Source: Ascidiella aspersa
Taxonomy: Eukaryota
Assembly (NCBI GenBank): GCA_963924565.1
Contig: OZ004607.1
Span: forward strand, 31,496,001-31,560,000
Length of the DNA: 64,000 nt
Direction: 5' to 3'
Positions 12,817-24,878 of this stretch are shown here, one piece after another; within the stretch, counting starts at the first letter, position 1; every line of letters begins with the position of its first letter. The notes below the pieces were generated by a model. That model saw nothing but the letters and a program-made list of their open reading frames with translations, was not told the origin of the DNA and made no database searches. A program made the position numbers and the translations under genes.

Positions 12817-13224
12817 CAGCGGTTCTCAGCTAGTGGGCCATGAAAACTTTTTAGGTGGGTCACACAACAATTTGAAAAAGTTAGATTTATTAAAGAATTT
12901 AGTTCCATTTGTATAGTACCTAGATAGTTTCATTTGTGTCATATCTAAATAATTTAGTTTCATTTGTGTCTATACCTAATTTTACAGGAATATAATTGCT
13001 TGGGAAGGGATTCAATAGGAATGAAATGAAATGGAAACTTATTGTTTAGCAGCAAGTATCTCACTAATGCACGGTTGAATAAATAATCTGTTTTAACATC
13101 TGCTTCGCTATTTTTTGTTCTAAACCTTTTTTTACAGTTTGTTCTTTCATAAAAGTTTATTGGGCCACAAAATTTTTGTGCAACAAAAATGGGCCACGAA
13201 AGAAAACAAGGTTGAGAACCACTG
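12817..13224. mobile_element. hAT (Charlie/Buster-like) MITE
   Basis: TIRs CAGCGGTTCTCA...TGAGAACCACTG; 8-bp TSD GTCTAGCC on both sides. Confidence 0.9.
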
Positions 13225-13923
13225 GTCTAGCCCTTCTGAAGCTGCATTTTGATCAACGATTACGGCTTACATATTATTAGTACACCGAAATCTATCGCAG
13301 ACTCGCCGAATCTGTCGAGCAATGCTGCAAGCAGGGCAGGCTAGAAAAACAATTGAACTAGAAATTTTTCAATTTAGTCAGCGAGCACACCAAATCAAAG
13401 TGATACTCAATTTTGGGTCGCGGCCTAAAGAGGGGGTTAGGAAACATCGACTAAAGAGGTTTGGCGATCAAACAATCATTGCAAAATGATATCATTTTTA
13501 ATTGAAACTTGTACGCACTCAACAGCTACCAAAAGGATTGTTGTGAAGAGTAAACAAAGGAAAGAAGGAAAATTGTGACGGGGCATGAAATTCAGGTATG
13601 TAAGCTAAATGTAACAGGTTTATGTATTTTTTAACTGATAAAATAAGGTGTTTTCTTTTGCGGATGGTTAACGAACAAAGGCGGTCCAAAATAAATATAA
13701 AAGATAGCTCTAAATATTGTTATTTTAGGTGCCTACTGATGTCTTACTTATGCTAAGCCGAGAAACACCTAGTATGCAGCTAGGTTTGGTTCGGCTGTCC
13801 AATTTTTTTTAAGTAGGTTTACCAGGAGCTACATGGCAAGCCTATCAGAACATAACAGCACCTATGGTCGAGTGCAATACACCGACTTCGCTATCAGCAC
13901 GTCCATAAAAAGCTGCAGATTCG

Positions 13924-16900
13924 TCAAAGCACAATGTCGCGGACCGCTTTGGCTTCCACTCGATCCAGGTACTGCTTTATCTCGTCTCGCGCCAGCCAAG
14001 CGTATTCGACAACCCTCTTCGGGTCGGGCTGTAGCTTAAGCGTGGGCATACAAGTTGTGTTCGAGTTGCGCGGAACAAAGGCGCTGAAAACGAAGTTCTT
14101 AAGGCCAAGGGCACCCGCGATTGGACGTATTCGCTCGGGCAACTTTTGCTTGAAGAAGTTTGCCGGAGAGTTGGACAGAAACTGGGCGCCGCAGTCTCCC
14201 ACGTAACGCTTCAGTGCGTCTTTGGCGACCTGTACATATAAGCGCCTGGTGGTTATTAGACGCATGTATGTGGTGGCATCTGTACTAACAGGCTGAAACA
14301 CGGAAGGAATTTTCCGCAAACAATAAAATGTTAAATCAAGATTCTTGCTTTCGTATCAGATTATCTTAAGACTGGTAAAAATCATAAAATCATTATTTAA
14401 ATTTGATAGAAATATATAAACGAAAATCGATTTCTATTTGAAAAAAAATGATGGATGCCTATTCATCAGGCGAAATATATTTCTGTAAAATTTTAAGAAA
14501 CGATAAAAAACAATTAGGTAGGACGAAAATTCACAGACGGCGATTAAAGCGAGTGCTGATTGAAAGGCAACTGCCTGATTGGCGAATGCAAATTATTATA
14601 GTGCAATACCAATCCTGACTAGGAAAATCTACTTGGCATCCCGTGTTTTTAGGACAGCTGTACTTTTTTTACGAGAAATAATAGGATTGTGAGTCACATA
14701 AAAATAAAACAAATATATAGTACCAAAAAAACAAGCGGTATAGCTTGATTCTCATATACTTGGTACTTGTAATTCGTTTTCCATTGTAGACTTAAATCAG
14801 CACTGTTTTTTTTCAGAAGTTCAAATGGGGTGCTTAGGTTTGGGATTACATTTTGCACACTTTAGATTCGTACATTATATATATAAATTTAGTTCACCAG
14901 AGGTAAGACAGATATTTTCAAATATTCTCACCTGTTTTAATGGCGCCTCCTTTAATAGGTAAGCACTGACAGGTAGCGACCATATTTGGTCTTTACCCAA
15001 ATTTCGCTTCACAATAAGAACAAGTGAGTCTCGAGGTCGACGTTGTATGTTGGTGAGGTCATTGTCATCAATTTCTTGAAAAAATATAACATTATTTATA
15101 CAGAAGTACTTTAGGTATCATTACAGAAGTAGGTATCATTTTCAACAGTTCGAAAAACTATTTATTCATTTTCAACATCAGATTTATTTATTTTTCAACA
15201 TCTCATCTGGTGTTGAAAATTCAAAATGATTGGACTTCGATATTTTTACTACATCTTACTACAGCCTCCAACTATTGTGCTCCCGAAGTAGTCACTACAT
15301 TTCTGTTTTTATCAAAACTACCAATTAACTGAGATCACTTGTTGAAACTAGTAGGGAGTTGAACCGAAATCAAACCAGAAATTTATAAACTGGTTTAGGC
15401 GATTTCTTCCCAATAATGAGCTGCTCGCTTATTAATACCTAACGAAACTTAGACACTCATGACAATTCAAATAATTATTCTCCACATAAACATTTTTAGA
15501 TTTAACATAACTATTGCATCCGAACTTGAACTTTATAAATCAGTTTACAAATAACAATGGTCGAACCAGAGCTGAACCGGAACTTTTTATTTGCTCTGAA
15601 CCGAAACCACAACTGAACCGTATTCCGAAAAAATCCTAGAAACCAAAGAGTCAAACTACTCCCTGGTTAAAACAAACCAATATTGATACCCGTTTTTTTA
15701 CAATTCTGCCAAATGATGCCCTACACTGATTTTTAAAATACCTGGAATATAGTCAAAATTTGAATTAAATGAAAAGTAAATCAAAATAGCATTTCTGTTT
15801 ATCTTCCTACATATATTTATTAAACTCTTATTTTGTATAGTAACTTGGTATGATACAAAACAAAAGTTTTTGCAAAAAAATAGGAAATTTGTATAAATTT
15901 TACAAAAACTATATCATAATTTGGTAGTAAAATATCGGCTGATTTATCTGTATCAGTTTATCTCTGATCACATCTCCTAACGTGGGTATTTGGTTGGTTA
16001 TAAATATTAGGAAATTAATTACACAATAAATTGTTGCTCGCTACTTGGTTAACTATTATGTGATACAGTCACCTTTCATTTTAATGTGCTTTGCATTTGA
16101 AAGCGCACTTTTTTAACAGTGCTACAGTCATTTACAGGAATAGAATTTATCCATTTGTATATGGAGCATTTATTTTCTTCTGGGCATTTAGTTTTCCCGG
16201 AAAAAACCTGGTAACTTAAACAACCCGTACCTATTTCTTTATATGTGCTTTCGACTTCAGACAATTCCAAATCGTTGATATCTTCTATGTCGCGAAGTGT
16301 TTCTTGAAAATCAATCAGATCTTTGCCACCTTCCACACCTTTCTATAAAAAATTGAATAAATACCTCTATTTGACCAAAAAATTATTATTAACCTAAACT
16401 TATTGTACAAACTAAATGTCAAAAAAATAAACCTAATCTATTTGCAAATCTGTGTAAATAATTACCAAGGGGCTAAATTCCTTATGGAGGGCTAAGTCTG
16501 TAGATTTGTGCAATTTTGTTAATTAGTTATTGACTTGCATGTCTAGGTTGTAGGCAACAACTTTTGATTGAGCACAAAGTGTCATTACATAGCAATACCT
16601 TTTAAATTATATATTATTAAATGAAACAAATATTGCCCAAATGTTGAAGCATAAATTTATTTACACTTTTTTGATGTTTTAAACATATTTTTGGCAGATG
16701 TAGACAAACTAACAAGTGTTTTTGGAAAACGAACAAATACATTTTAATATACAAACAGTTGATACCAGTCATAATAAATAATGTTTAAAAACTGCTTTTC
16801 TGGTAAAATTTGTTATTGTAAACAATCACATTTTAGTTTAACTAATTAACGAATATAAGCACAACTTGCCACACAAATCAAAGATTATCAGGAACTTCTG

Positions 16901-17379
16901 GCATTACAATACTTTGCACACTAAAACTATGCATTACTTAGGAAATTATTCACCTGTATAATTTATTTTACCTCGACTTCCTTTATTATGTAATTTTGTC
17001 GGTTGCTTTCTGCTTCCCAATCACTCAGGCAGCTTTTTTCCAGTTCTTTTTGGGCCGCTAATTTGGCATATTCCTCCTCAATTGGCAATTTTTTTGCCTC
17101 AAGCAATGGGAGCCGTGTCTGTCATTTTGCATGAATACAAACAATTTTTCTTTTTTATAATTATGTTAGGGAAACTCTCATAATGCAATATACACTTACC
17201 AGACAAACAGCAACCTGAATTTTCCATTCTGTTGATGGTAGCGCTTTGAATTTAATTTCTCCTTTTGTGTGTACTTTACATTTTGAAGTATAATACAAAA
17301 AGTGACTAGATGAGATTTGGTGTTTTGCCTGTAATATTGACCTTCCTCTGAGAATTAGTCCAACAGGAAATCTTTCCAT
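13924..17379 (-). CDS. MRPL46: Mitochondrial ribosomal protein L46 (mL46), 5 coding exons, ~295 aa
   Basis: Exons 17379-17200, 17118-16972, 16342-16231, 15074-14932 and 14229-13924 join in frame with GT-AG. WKIQVAVCL-TRLP..EEEYAKL..ELEKS.LSD.E, TNIQRR..DSLVLIVK...WSLP, FLSNSP, YAWLARDEIKQYL match the mL46 Nudix-like architecture; basic N-terminal presequence. Confidence 0.88.
15352..15665. mobile_element. Degenerate copy of the CAGGGAGTCGAACC/GGTTC-rich hAT MITE family, in MRPL46 intron 3
   Basis: Ends tagggagttgaacc...actactccctg; internal GAACC repeats are reverse-complementary to the copies at 34378 and 40507. Confidence 0.7.
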
Positions 17380-18493
17380 TCCAAATTATTATTTTTTTAT
17401 TATTTGCTGTTTGATTTAAAAGAAAAACAGAATGATCACACATAAGCTAAACAGAAAAACAAAATTAAAAGAAGGTATGGAAAAAAACATTGATGTAAGA
17501 AGCTATGTGACAGTTTTTATGTCTATCGTAATTGGGGCTCAAGGTTTAACTTTAGAATAATGATTGTGGTAAGGAAACTCAAATGGCAGCTGGTGTACCA
17601 TTTCAACAATGCAAGATGTTAAGCATTTATAACTTCAAAAACAGATGTATGCATTCACCATTCTGAAGGGGGTGAAGGTTTGTCTGTGAAATAAACCTTT
17701 AGGGTACACTTGTCATACTATGCCACATACTGCAGACTGGGTTTAGTAGTCTAATGTTTAAGGATCTTAACAGGTTTTATTATACCAACCTGAGAGTTGG
17801 GACCAAAGTCTGAAGCTCGAAAACTAAGCATTTTCTCTGGAGCCAAAACCTGAGGCAGGCATGTAGCCATTTTTATAATTATTGTGAAGTACAAGTCATT
17901 TTATAAATTTGTCGAGCTTGGGTCTAAGCAAAAGGTATGAAACTTTTATTTGCTTCAGTTGCAGGCTCTAGTTGTTGGTAGTCTTTAGCAAACTTTAAAA
18001 TTTCTTGCCTTGGAAACATTCTGTACAACATTGTTTTTATAGAAAAGATTGTTATCAATGAACATTTTTACAGCGAAGACAAAATAAAGCCTATAAAATA
18101 ATTTCTAATTTGGCCATTACATTTCAAAAAATTAAATTTTTGTTGGTTTTGAAGCAAGTAAGCAAACTATTATTATTGTTTGGTATAATGGTAATTTTTT
18201 GCATTGCTTATTCAAACTGATTTTAGCTGACTGGACGACTGGCAACAGGATGCATATGTCTGCCTGGCCTATAGCATAAAATTTAGACCAGTTTCAGAAG
18301 TCTATTTTCTGTAGCGCACGAGATTGGAAACTTTGAATTAGCTGCGGGGGGAGACGATTTTGCAGCTTGAAATTGCGTGGCTGCAATAGTGTTATTTGTA
18401 AATTTCCACGTCTGAAAATGGAGTACTCTACTTAAAACCTGGGCCTTACTTTTCCACTAGCGCCCAGGTTAAGAACCATTTGTGTAGACTGAT

Positions 18494-18969
18494 CAGTGTT
18501 GTAATGACTTAAGTCATTGACTTGACTTAAGTGCACTTAAGTCACTGTTTTTAAATGACTTGACTTGACTTAAGTCTTTTGAGCAAATGACTTGACTTGG
18601 ACTTAAGTCATTTTATCAAATAACTTTGGATTAAATTAAGTGTTTTTTTTATTACATTTTTTCTCAAGTTTTGTACATTAAATACTTTTATTGCTGTATA
18701 CTGTGTTTGTGTTAATTTTTTAATTAAATTGTGGCTTATAATCGAAAGAGTTTACTAATTTTAATAATTTAACGTTCTATTTTTACGTCAATGACATGAC
18801 TTGCAATTGACTTGCTCTCATAACGACTTGACTGGGACTTGACTTGGGCAACCGATGACTTGGACTGGGACTTGACTTGTTATTTTTGCAAAATACTTGG
18901 ACTTAAGTTATTTTTCAAGTGACTTGACTGGGACTTAAGTCATTTCAAAATGATTTGTTTACAACACTG
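18494..18969. mobile_element. hAT-type MITE with GACTT/AAGTC subterminal repeats
   Basis: TIRs CAGTGTTGTAA...TTACAACACTG; TSD AGACTGAT. Related partial copies near 35790, 49962, 59460-59850 and 60440-60613. Confidence 0.9.
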
Positions 18970-19071
18970 AGACTGATATTTGAAAGATGTTAATAAAAAA
19001 CAACCCAGTATGTTTTGCGTTACTTTCTACGCACTAAATCAATAGAGCGCCGAATAAATATAATAATAACA

Positions 19072-19190
19072 CTTGACCCACCTAGACGCCAGACCTAAAC
19101 GCTAACTCGACTCGCGCCCTAAACCAAATAATGTTAAAAAATATATAACCCCCGGACGAAAATGTGTGGGATTCGAGACCAGCGTCCTTT
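19072..19190. repeat. Short interspersed repeat shared with 56121-56220 (possible SINE fragment)
   Basis: Both carry ttgac.cacc...ctaac....cccta aa...aatat...cggacgaaaatgtg..ggattc.agaccag; the minus strand here has a B-box-like GGTCTCGAATCCC. Confidence 0.55.
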
Positions 19191-20705
19191 CCTGTGACCT
19201 ACCGCAATTTGTTTTGCGGTATTCATAAACGCTGAATAAAACCATTTTAAATAGCCACTTCTATATATATACGTATTTACTAAAAAGCTTCTGTGCTACG
19301 TTACGCATGATTTCTCATAATCATACCAGTGCAGATTTGGTTGAACAGGCACATAGAAAAAAATGAAAACGAATACGGCTGAGATTTACTTGTAGACTGA
19401 TTCTTAAATGAAGTATGTATTATAAATGATGAGTTATTCTTTTACGAATTAGGGGTTATCGCCAATGTATGTTTAGTAATAGTTCATTTAATCGCGCAAA
19501 GACATAATTATATAGGCAAGGTTATTTGCACGACTAATTTTGAAACGTTAAAATCAAAAGCAGATTGACTATCGAATGTTAGGTATTGAAAGATAGGCAG
19601 GTTAATCAAAAACGTGCCCGTTTTATGGTGACGTCGCTTAAAAGCCACCATTCAATACGTGATAAAAACGCGCATAACCTAAAGAAATACCATGATGAAG
19701 GACTCCAGTTCAATTACCAAATCCATCGCTAGTGTCAGTGCGCAAACACAGCCTGTCAACGCAACAATGTCACATATTTAGCTTCAGCGATTTGATTAAA
19801 TTAACATCGACTACTTTAGAAACTAGAATTTTGCGTCCAGTGTTTAAATTAGCAATTCATAGAGCCTGCCAATAACTATATAGTAATTGGCATGCTCTAT
19901 GGATTTACATTATACAGGCTGTTGGTAAGCTGTTAGAAAACAGAAATCGTTTGTGGTAAAATAGAAGCATTACAATTGTCAATTAGTCAGTTGGTTTCCC
20001 CGTTAGGTAGTGCAGCGGTTCAGGTTATTTGAAACTGTAGCATCTTAAGCCATAATTAATGTATGGAGTATTTGTAGCATCTTAAGCCATAATTAATGTA
20101 TAATTACATATCATGGAATTTATCGTATTGCGTATTTTCAAATGTGTTGCTGTTGCACGCTTTTTGGCGCTGATAGAAATTGCAAAAACGTCGCTGAGCA
20201 AAACTTCCGACTTGAGCCGTGAGACCGCTTACCAAAAAACTTCCAGCCGTGATGTATTAATCACATCCGCAAACCGCAACCCCACCCATTTTACTCTCCT
20301 ACTGTAAACATTCTATTCAGTTGGTCGCCAGTGAATAAGGGGAGCGATTGTTGCTATAGCTGGCTTTCATGCTGGCTTGCTTAACACCAGCCAACAAAAA
20401 CTGTGTGAACTTGTAATTAGACTCAGACATTCCCATTGTTAGAAGAGAGGTTAATTGATAGAGGCAAAATACATTAATGATTCTCATAATTAACCACTTC
20501 TACAAAACAACCAAACGTTTTTTGGCAAACATTGTGCTGAAGCAGTGATGCACAACCTTAGTTCACTCGCTGCACACCAACAAAAAAATTCTAAATCTGC
20601 AATGGAAACATGCGAAAATACTCGAGCCAGCCAAAAGCGAAAGAACGTTGCATAATTAAATGAGCTGAAGGCAAGAAAAGTTTTGTTATATATGTTACTT
20701 CTGTC

Positions 20706-21058
20706 CAGGGCTGCGGAGTCGGAGTCGGACTCGGGTCTCGACGGAGTCGGTTTGTTTTGCCGGAGTCGGACTCGGGACTCGGGACTCGAGTAAGACCGCG
20801 TAAAACTACCCGAGTCCGACGTGCGCATGCGCAGTATCAAATTTTAAAACTGTTAAGGCGGCAAAATGTAAGTAGTAAATGTGTAATAGCAAATGGTGAA
20901 ATATTTTAAACCATGTAATGCGGAAAATCCACCTTAATTTAGGTGCGTAAATGGGTAAAATACAGGCTGTAGAGTCACAGCTGGAATCGGGACTTGAGAA
21001 AATCTTACATTTGGCCGGAGTCGGACTCGGGTTGTTTTTAACCGACTCCGCAGCCCTG
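20706..21058. mobile_element. hAT MITE with GGAGTC/GACTCG repeats
   Basis: Perfect 17-bp TIR CAGGGCTGCGGAGTCGG; TSD CTTCTGTC/CTTCGGTC (7/8). Confidence 0.9.
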
Positions 21059-22496
21059 CTTCGGTCTTAACTAAAATTGTAGAAGGATAGTAAACGACTA
21101 CTGAAAGACACCTGATTGGTATCAGCCTTTTTATTAGCGACGTTTGTGCGCCTTAATTTGAGCGTCAAGCGTTAGCGTTTAGCTGGCTCTGTGGAGAGCG
21201 TATAAATTACTGTATTTTATCATGTGGTACTGACTAATTAACTGTTAGTATAAGTGTAAGTAAAACGAACAAGAAATAAATTGTTTTTGACACTATAACA
21301 GTAGAATTTAAAATTCAAAACCGACCTAATTATATGGGCACACTTGCAATGTCATTTTAGCTTTAAATGCAACAATACATTCTTGATATATAATTTAGCA
21401 ACAATTTCGTTTTTCCTGCATACAGCCATTCAATTCCAATTCATATGGATGAAAAAGACAATGTAGAAAATTACAAAACATATTTTAGTTAATTAATTTG
21501 TTGGATCGCGTAAGCAGAATGCAATAAATCCTGCGTAAATCGTAGACACGGGTTCGTTTTTCAATATTCGACATTAAATCAACTTGTTAAATATTTTAAC
21601 ATACGGTAGCTAATTTATTGTAACTTTGTCAAACTCTTCAAACTATAACTGACTGAAAAATCGTCCTATTCTCACGAAATCATATAACGTACTAGTCCAA
21701 ACTCAAAGGCGCATTATTACCCAAAATTTGGTAACGTGAAAAACAGAGCAAATCAAAATATTGGAATCGAGTTTAGTAGGCTACCAATGTGACATGTAAA
21801 AGTGCACCAATGGTCCTAACAATCAGCTATGTGCATCACCTATACTTTGATCATACATTAATTGAACATAAAAAAAAACTATCAATTAAAATATCTTATT
21901 GAAAAACGTGCACGCAGGCTCCGCGGACTCGTTGTTGTAAAACACTGCACTAGACTTACGGTTCAGGTCATTATTTAAAATTTCAAAACCTTCTATGCCA
22001 CACAGTGTGCCAGCGTATAGCAACAACTGCTGACAGTAATTTTTTAAAAGTTACACTACACCGTTGTTGTGCACGAAATCAAGTTGCAGGCCTTCAAGGA
22101 TTGACACATATTTTCTTTTTAATTAAATAAAGTAGGACACACGGTCTCGGGCAAAGATACTTAACTACCCTGGCCGATTTGCAATGACGTCATAAATGTT
22201 TGAATTTTTCAGTAGGTTATCTAATGTTATTTGAAATGTATTGTGGTGCACCACATGTTACGTCAAGAGGTTATGTGCCGTAATACCTCTTTGTGACTTG
22301 AATCGCAACGAATCTTATCCGCTTTAATTTATATTACCCTCAACCAATGTCAACGTTAACACCTCAAATGCTTTAGTTGGTGTTTCTGTCAGGCACATGC
22401 GGTAGTATGGATGGGCAAATTTATATTCTAACACCTTGCACAATAATTGCAATTTATTTGTTAGACCACGTTTTCACTATAGTGTACAAAGATAAC

Positions 22497-23478
22497 ATGG
22501 GTAAAATTACTGACAGCGCTACATTCCTGTCTACGTTGGACGTTCGAGTCCTATGTGAGACGGACTTGCATCGCGTTCAGTCGTTTATAGCCAAGAATTA
22601 CAGCTGTCAGCATCCTTTGAGGCAAACATTCAGAGCAGAAACCGGGCGAGCAATCATAGAAGATAGGTTACGGATAGCGACAAAAATTGGAGACTGCGTT
22701 TCGCTTGGTATATTTGTCAAGGAAACAGACGAGCTGGTTTACGTTGAAATGAATTCGATTTTGAGTAAATCAAAGTCCGATTTTCCTGAAAGCAGTCCTA
22801 CTGATGCGACGAAGGAAGAAGAAGCAATGTGTACTTTCATGGCTTCCCTGGCAGGTTTGCCTTTGTAACGCACGCTGCTGCTGCTTTTTATTATTTATTG
22901 GTCGTTAATGTTTTATTGTTTGTATTTTAAATCATTTGTTAACAAGTGTAAGTTACATCCGCCATTGAGCATGAAAATGTATAGTAAACACAATAATTTT
23001 TATATTTTTTGTTTATCAAAATGGTTTTGTACATTTCATTGAACGAAATGCAAACATTTTCATGTACAACCTGTATACATGGTTGTAAAACCGTTAAAAG
23101 TCGGTTAAGTGTTTCCTTGTATTGTCTGTAGGTAATATCTTCGAAGATCTGAAGGCGAACACAATCTTTTTGACAAGCATGATAACAGTGGCTGAAAAGT
23201 ACCGCGGCCTTGGTTTGACCAATGTGTCGTTTGCAAGGCGCGAAGCCTTGGCGGCGTCAAAAAATTGCGATTTCGTGGTAGCATTACCGGTGTCAGCGTT
23301 TTCTCATCGCAGCCTGGTAAAGCAAGGCTACAGCACTTTGAGAAGGGTGAACTACTGTGATTACGTCGATCCAAGGACTGGGTTAAACCCAGATTTAAAT
23401 ATTTTACCCATACATAAATTTGCGACGTGCGTGTATAAACGTGTCAAAGCACAAGCGGAGATTTCCATTATAGAGTGA
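22497..23478 (+). CDS. Insect-type AANAT/Dat-like GNAT N-acyltransferase, copy A (234 aa, no PTS1)
   Basis: Exons 22497-22854 and 23132-23478, phase-1 intron. YSCQHPL, EKYRGLGL (acyl-CoA motif A), VSAFS, NYCDYVDP, LPIH; ends ...EISIIE. Confidence 0.88.
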
Positions 23479-24878
23479 TTCGTATATATTATAGAGTGAT
23501 TCGTATATTGTAAAATACACGTCAATTACGAAATCAGCAGCTAGTGAAACTACATGAGTAAAGCCTAAGGATACCAAAATGTCAGTAATATAATTGCAGT
23601 GAATTTGTTTTCCTAATTTATCACCAGGTAGCGCGTGTAAATCACTATTTAGACAGCGGGCCGATGCTAAATTTTGGCGGGGTCTAAATGGTAGATGTGT
23701 CCGGCGAAATCAAAACTAAAAAAGTTGAATATTTGTTGGTATTCCTATTTGTCTAAATTTAAATCTGGGACCAGGTGGTAGCATTCAACGACAAATTGCA
23801 TTAATGTTTTGAAAAGTTTTCGCAAATCTTGCTTCAACAGTTCAAAAAAATATATGTTAAAAGAAAAAGTTGCTATTTTTTCAGAAAAGTTACCATCTTT
23901 GTTGGACACGACTTGAAAAACCATATAAATCTCACTGTACCTACAGTTCAGGTTATATGTCCAATAATATCGGGGCCGATGGGTCATACTGGTACTTCGG
24001 GCATCCGCGATACACTGGAGCGACATTTCTAATGCTATACAGCACCAAAATATATTTTAAATTGTTGGTCTTTGTTAACCTTGTTAAATCATTTTTGTTT
24101 ACGATTGGAATGCAAAAAATACAGATGATGTGTGTTATTTTACTGGGCTTAATTTAATATTATAGGAAACAACTTGGCAAAAATGATACGAAGAGAGCTT
24201 TGAACTATTTATCTCTTATAATAAATGGCACAGTTTGTCCGCCGGTCGCCATGTGTTCGCCGCTCGGTCGCTGACATGTGATCTTAAAGAATTGCTGTCG
24301 GCCTACAATACATGATTCACCCATAGTTAATTTTAATCTAGTTTGTAAACTGCATTTTAATTTTAGTTCTAATCTTATCGTTTTTCTCGAATATAGACTT
24401 TGCCCAACAGAATTTTTCAGTTATCCATTTGTACCAAGTTTCATCCATGTGGTTAATATGATATGTTTCACCTAATATTTTAAAATGTGATCCAACGTTA
24501 TGCCATTAAAAATCCTAATAAATGTGTTTTCATTAAAATCCACAAAGTACTATCTTTGCGGAATTGGATTCCATGTTTTGTTTGAAAACTACTGACAAAG
24601 GCGATTGTTACAAAATAAGAGCTGAAATGACGCTAAACAAGAAACAACCAATAGAATTTCATCTTCTTGGTGAAACGAAAAAACGTGGTTTTGAAGAGGA
24701 AACTAGTATTTGTAATTTTAATCGAAAATTATGGGATTTAGACAGACAGTGATTTTGCTGTTGATGACAAGTGCTTGCAAATCAAATGCGGACAAAGGTA
24801 ATCTAGCTTATTGACTAATTTAATATGGACTACTATTTCAAAGCAGAATTTCAAATTGATGTTATTCTAGTTGTTTAG

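Noticed and set aside
16076-16230. Cys-rich extension of the ORF at 16076-16336
   Set aside because: Read-through into MRPL46 intron 3; the real exon ends at the 16231 donor.
9191-17379. MRPL46-GK5 as a trans-spliced operon
   Set aside because: Co-oriented, but ~3 kb apart with a MITE in between; no sequence evidence for polycistronic transcription.
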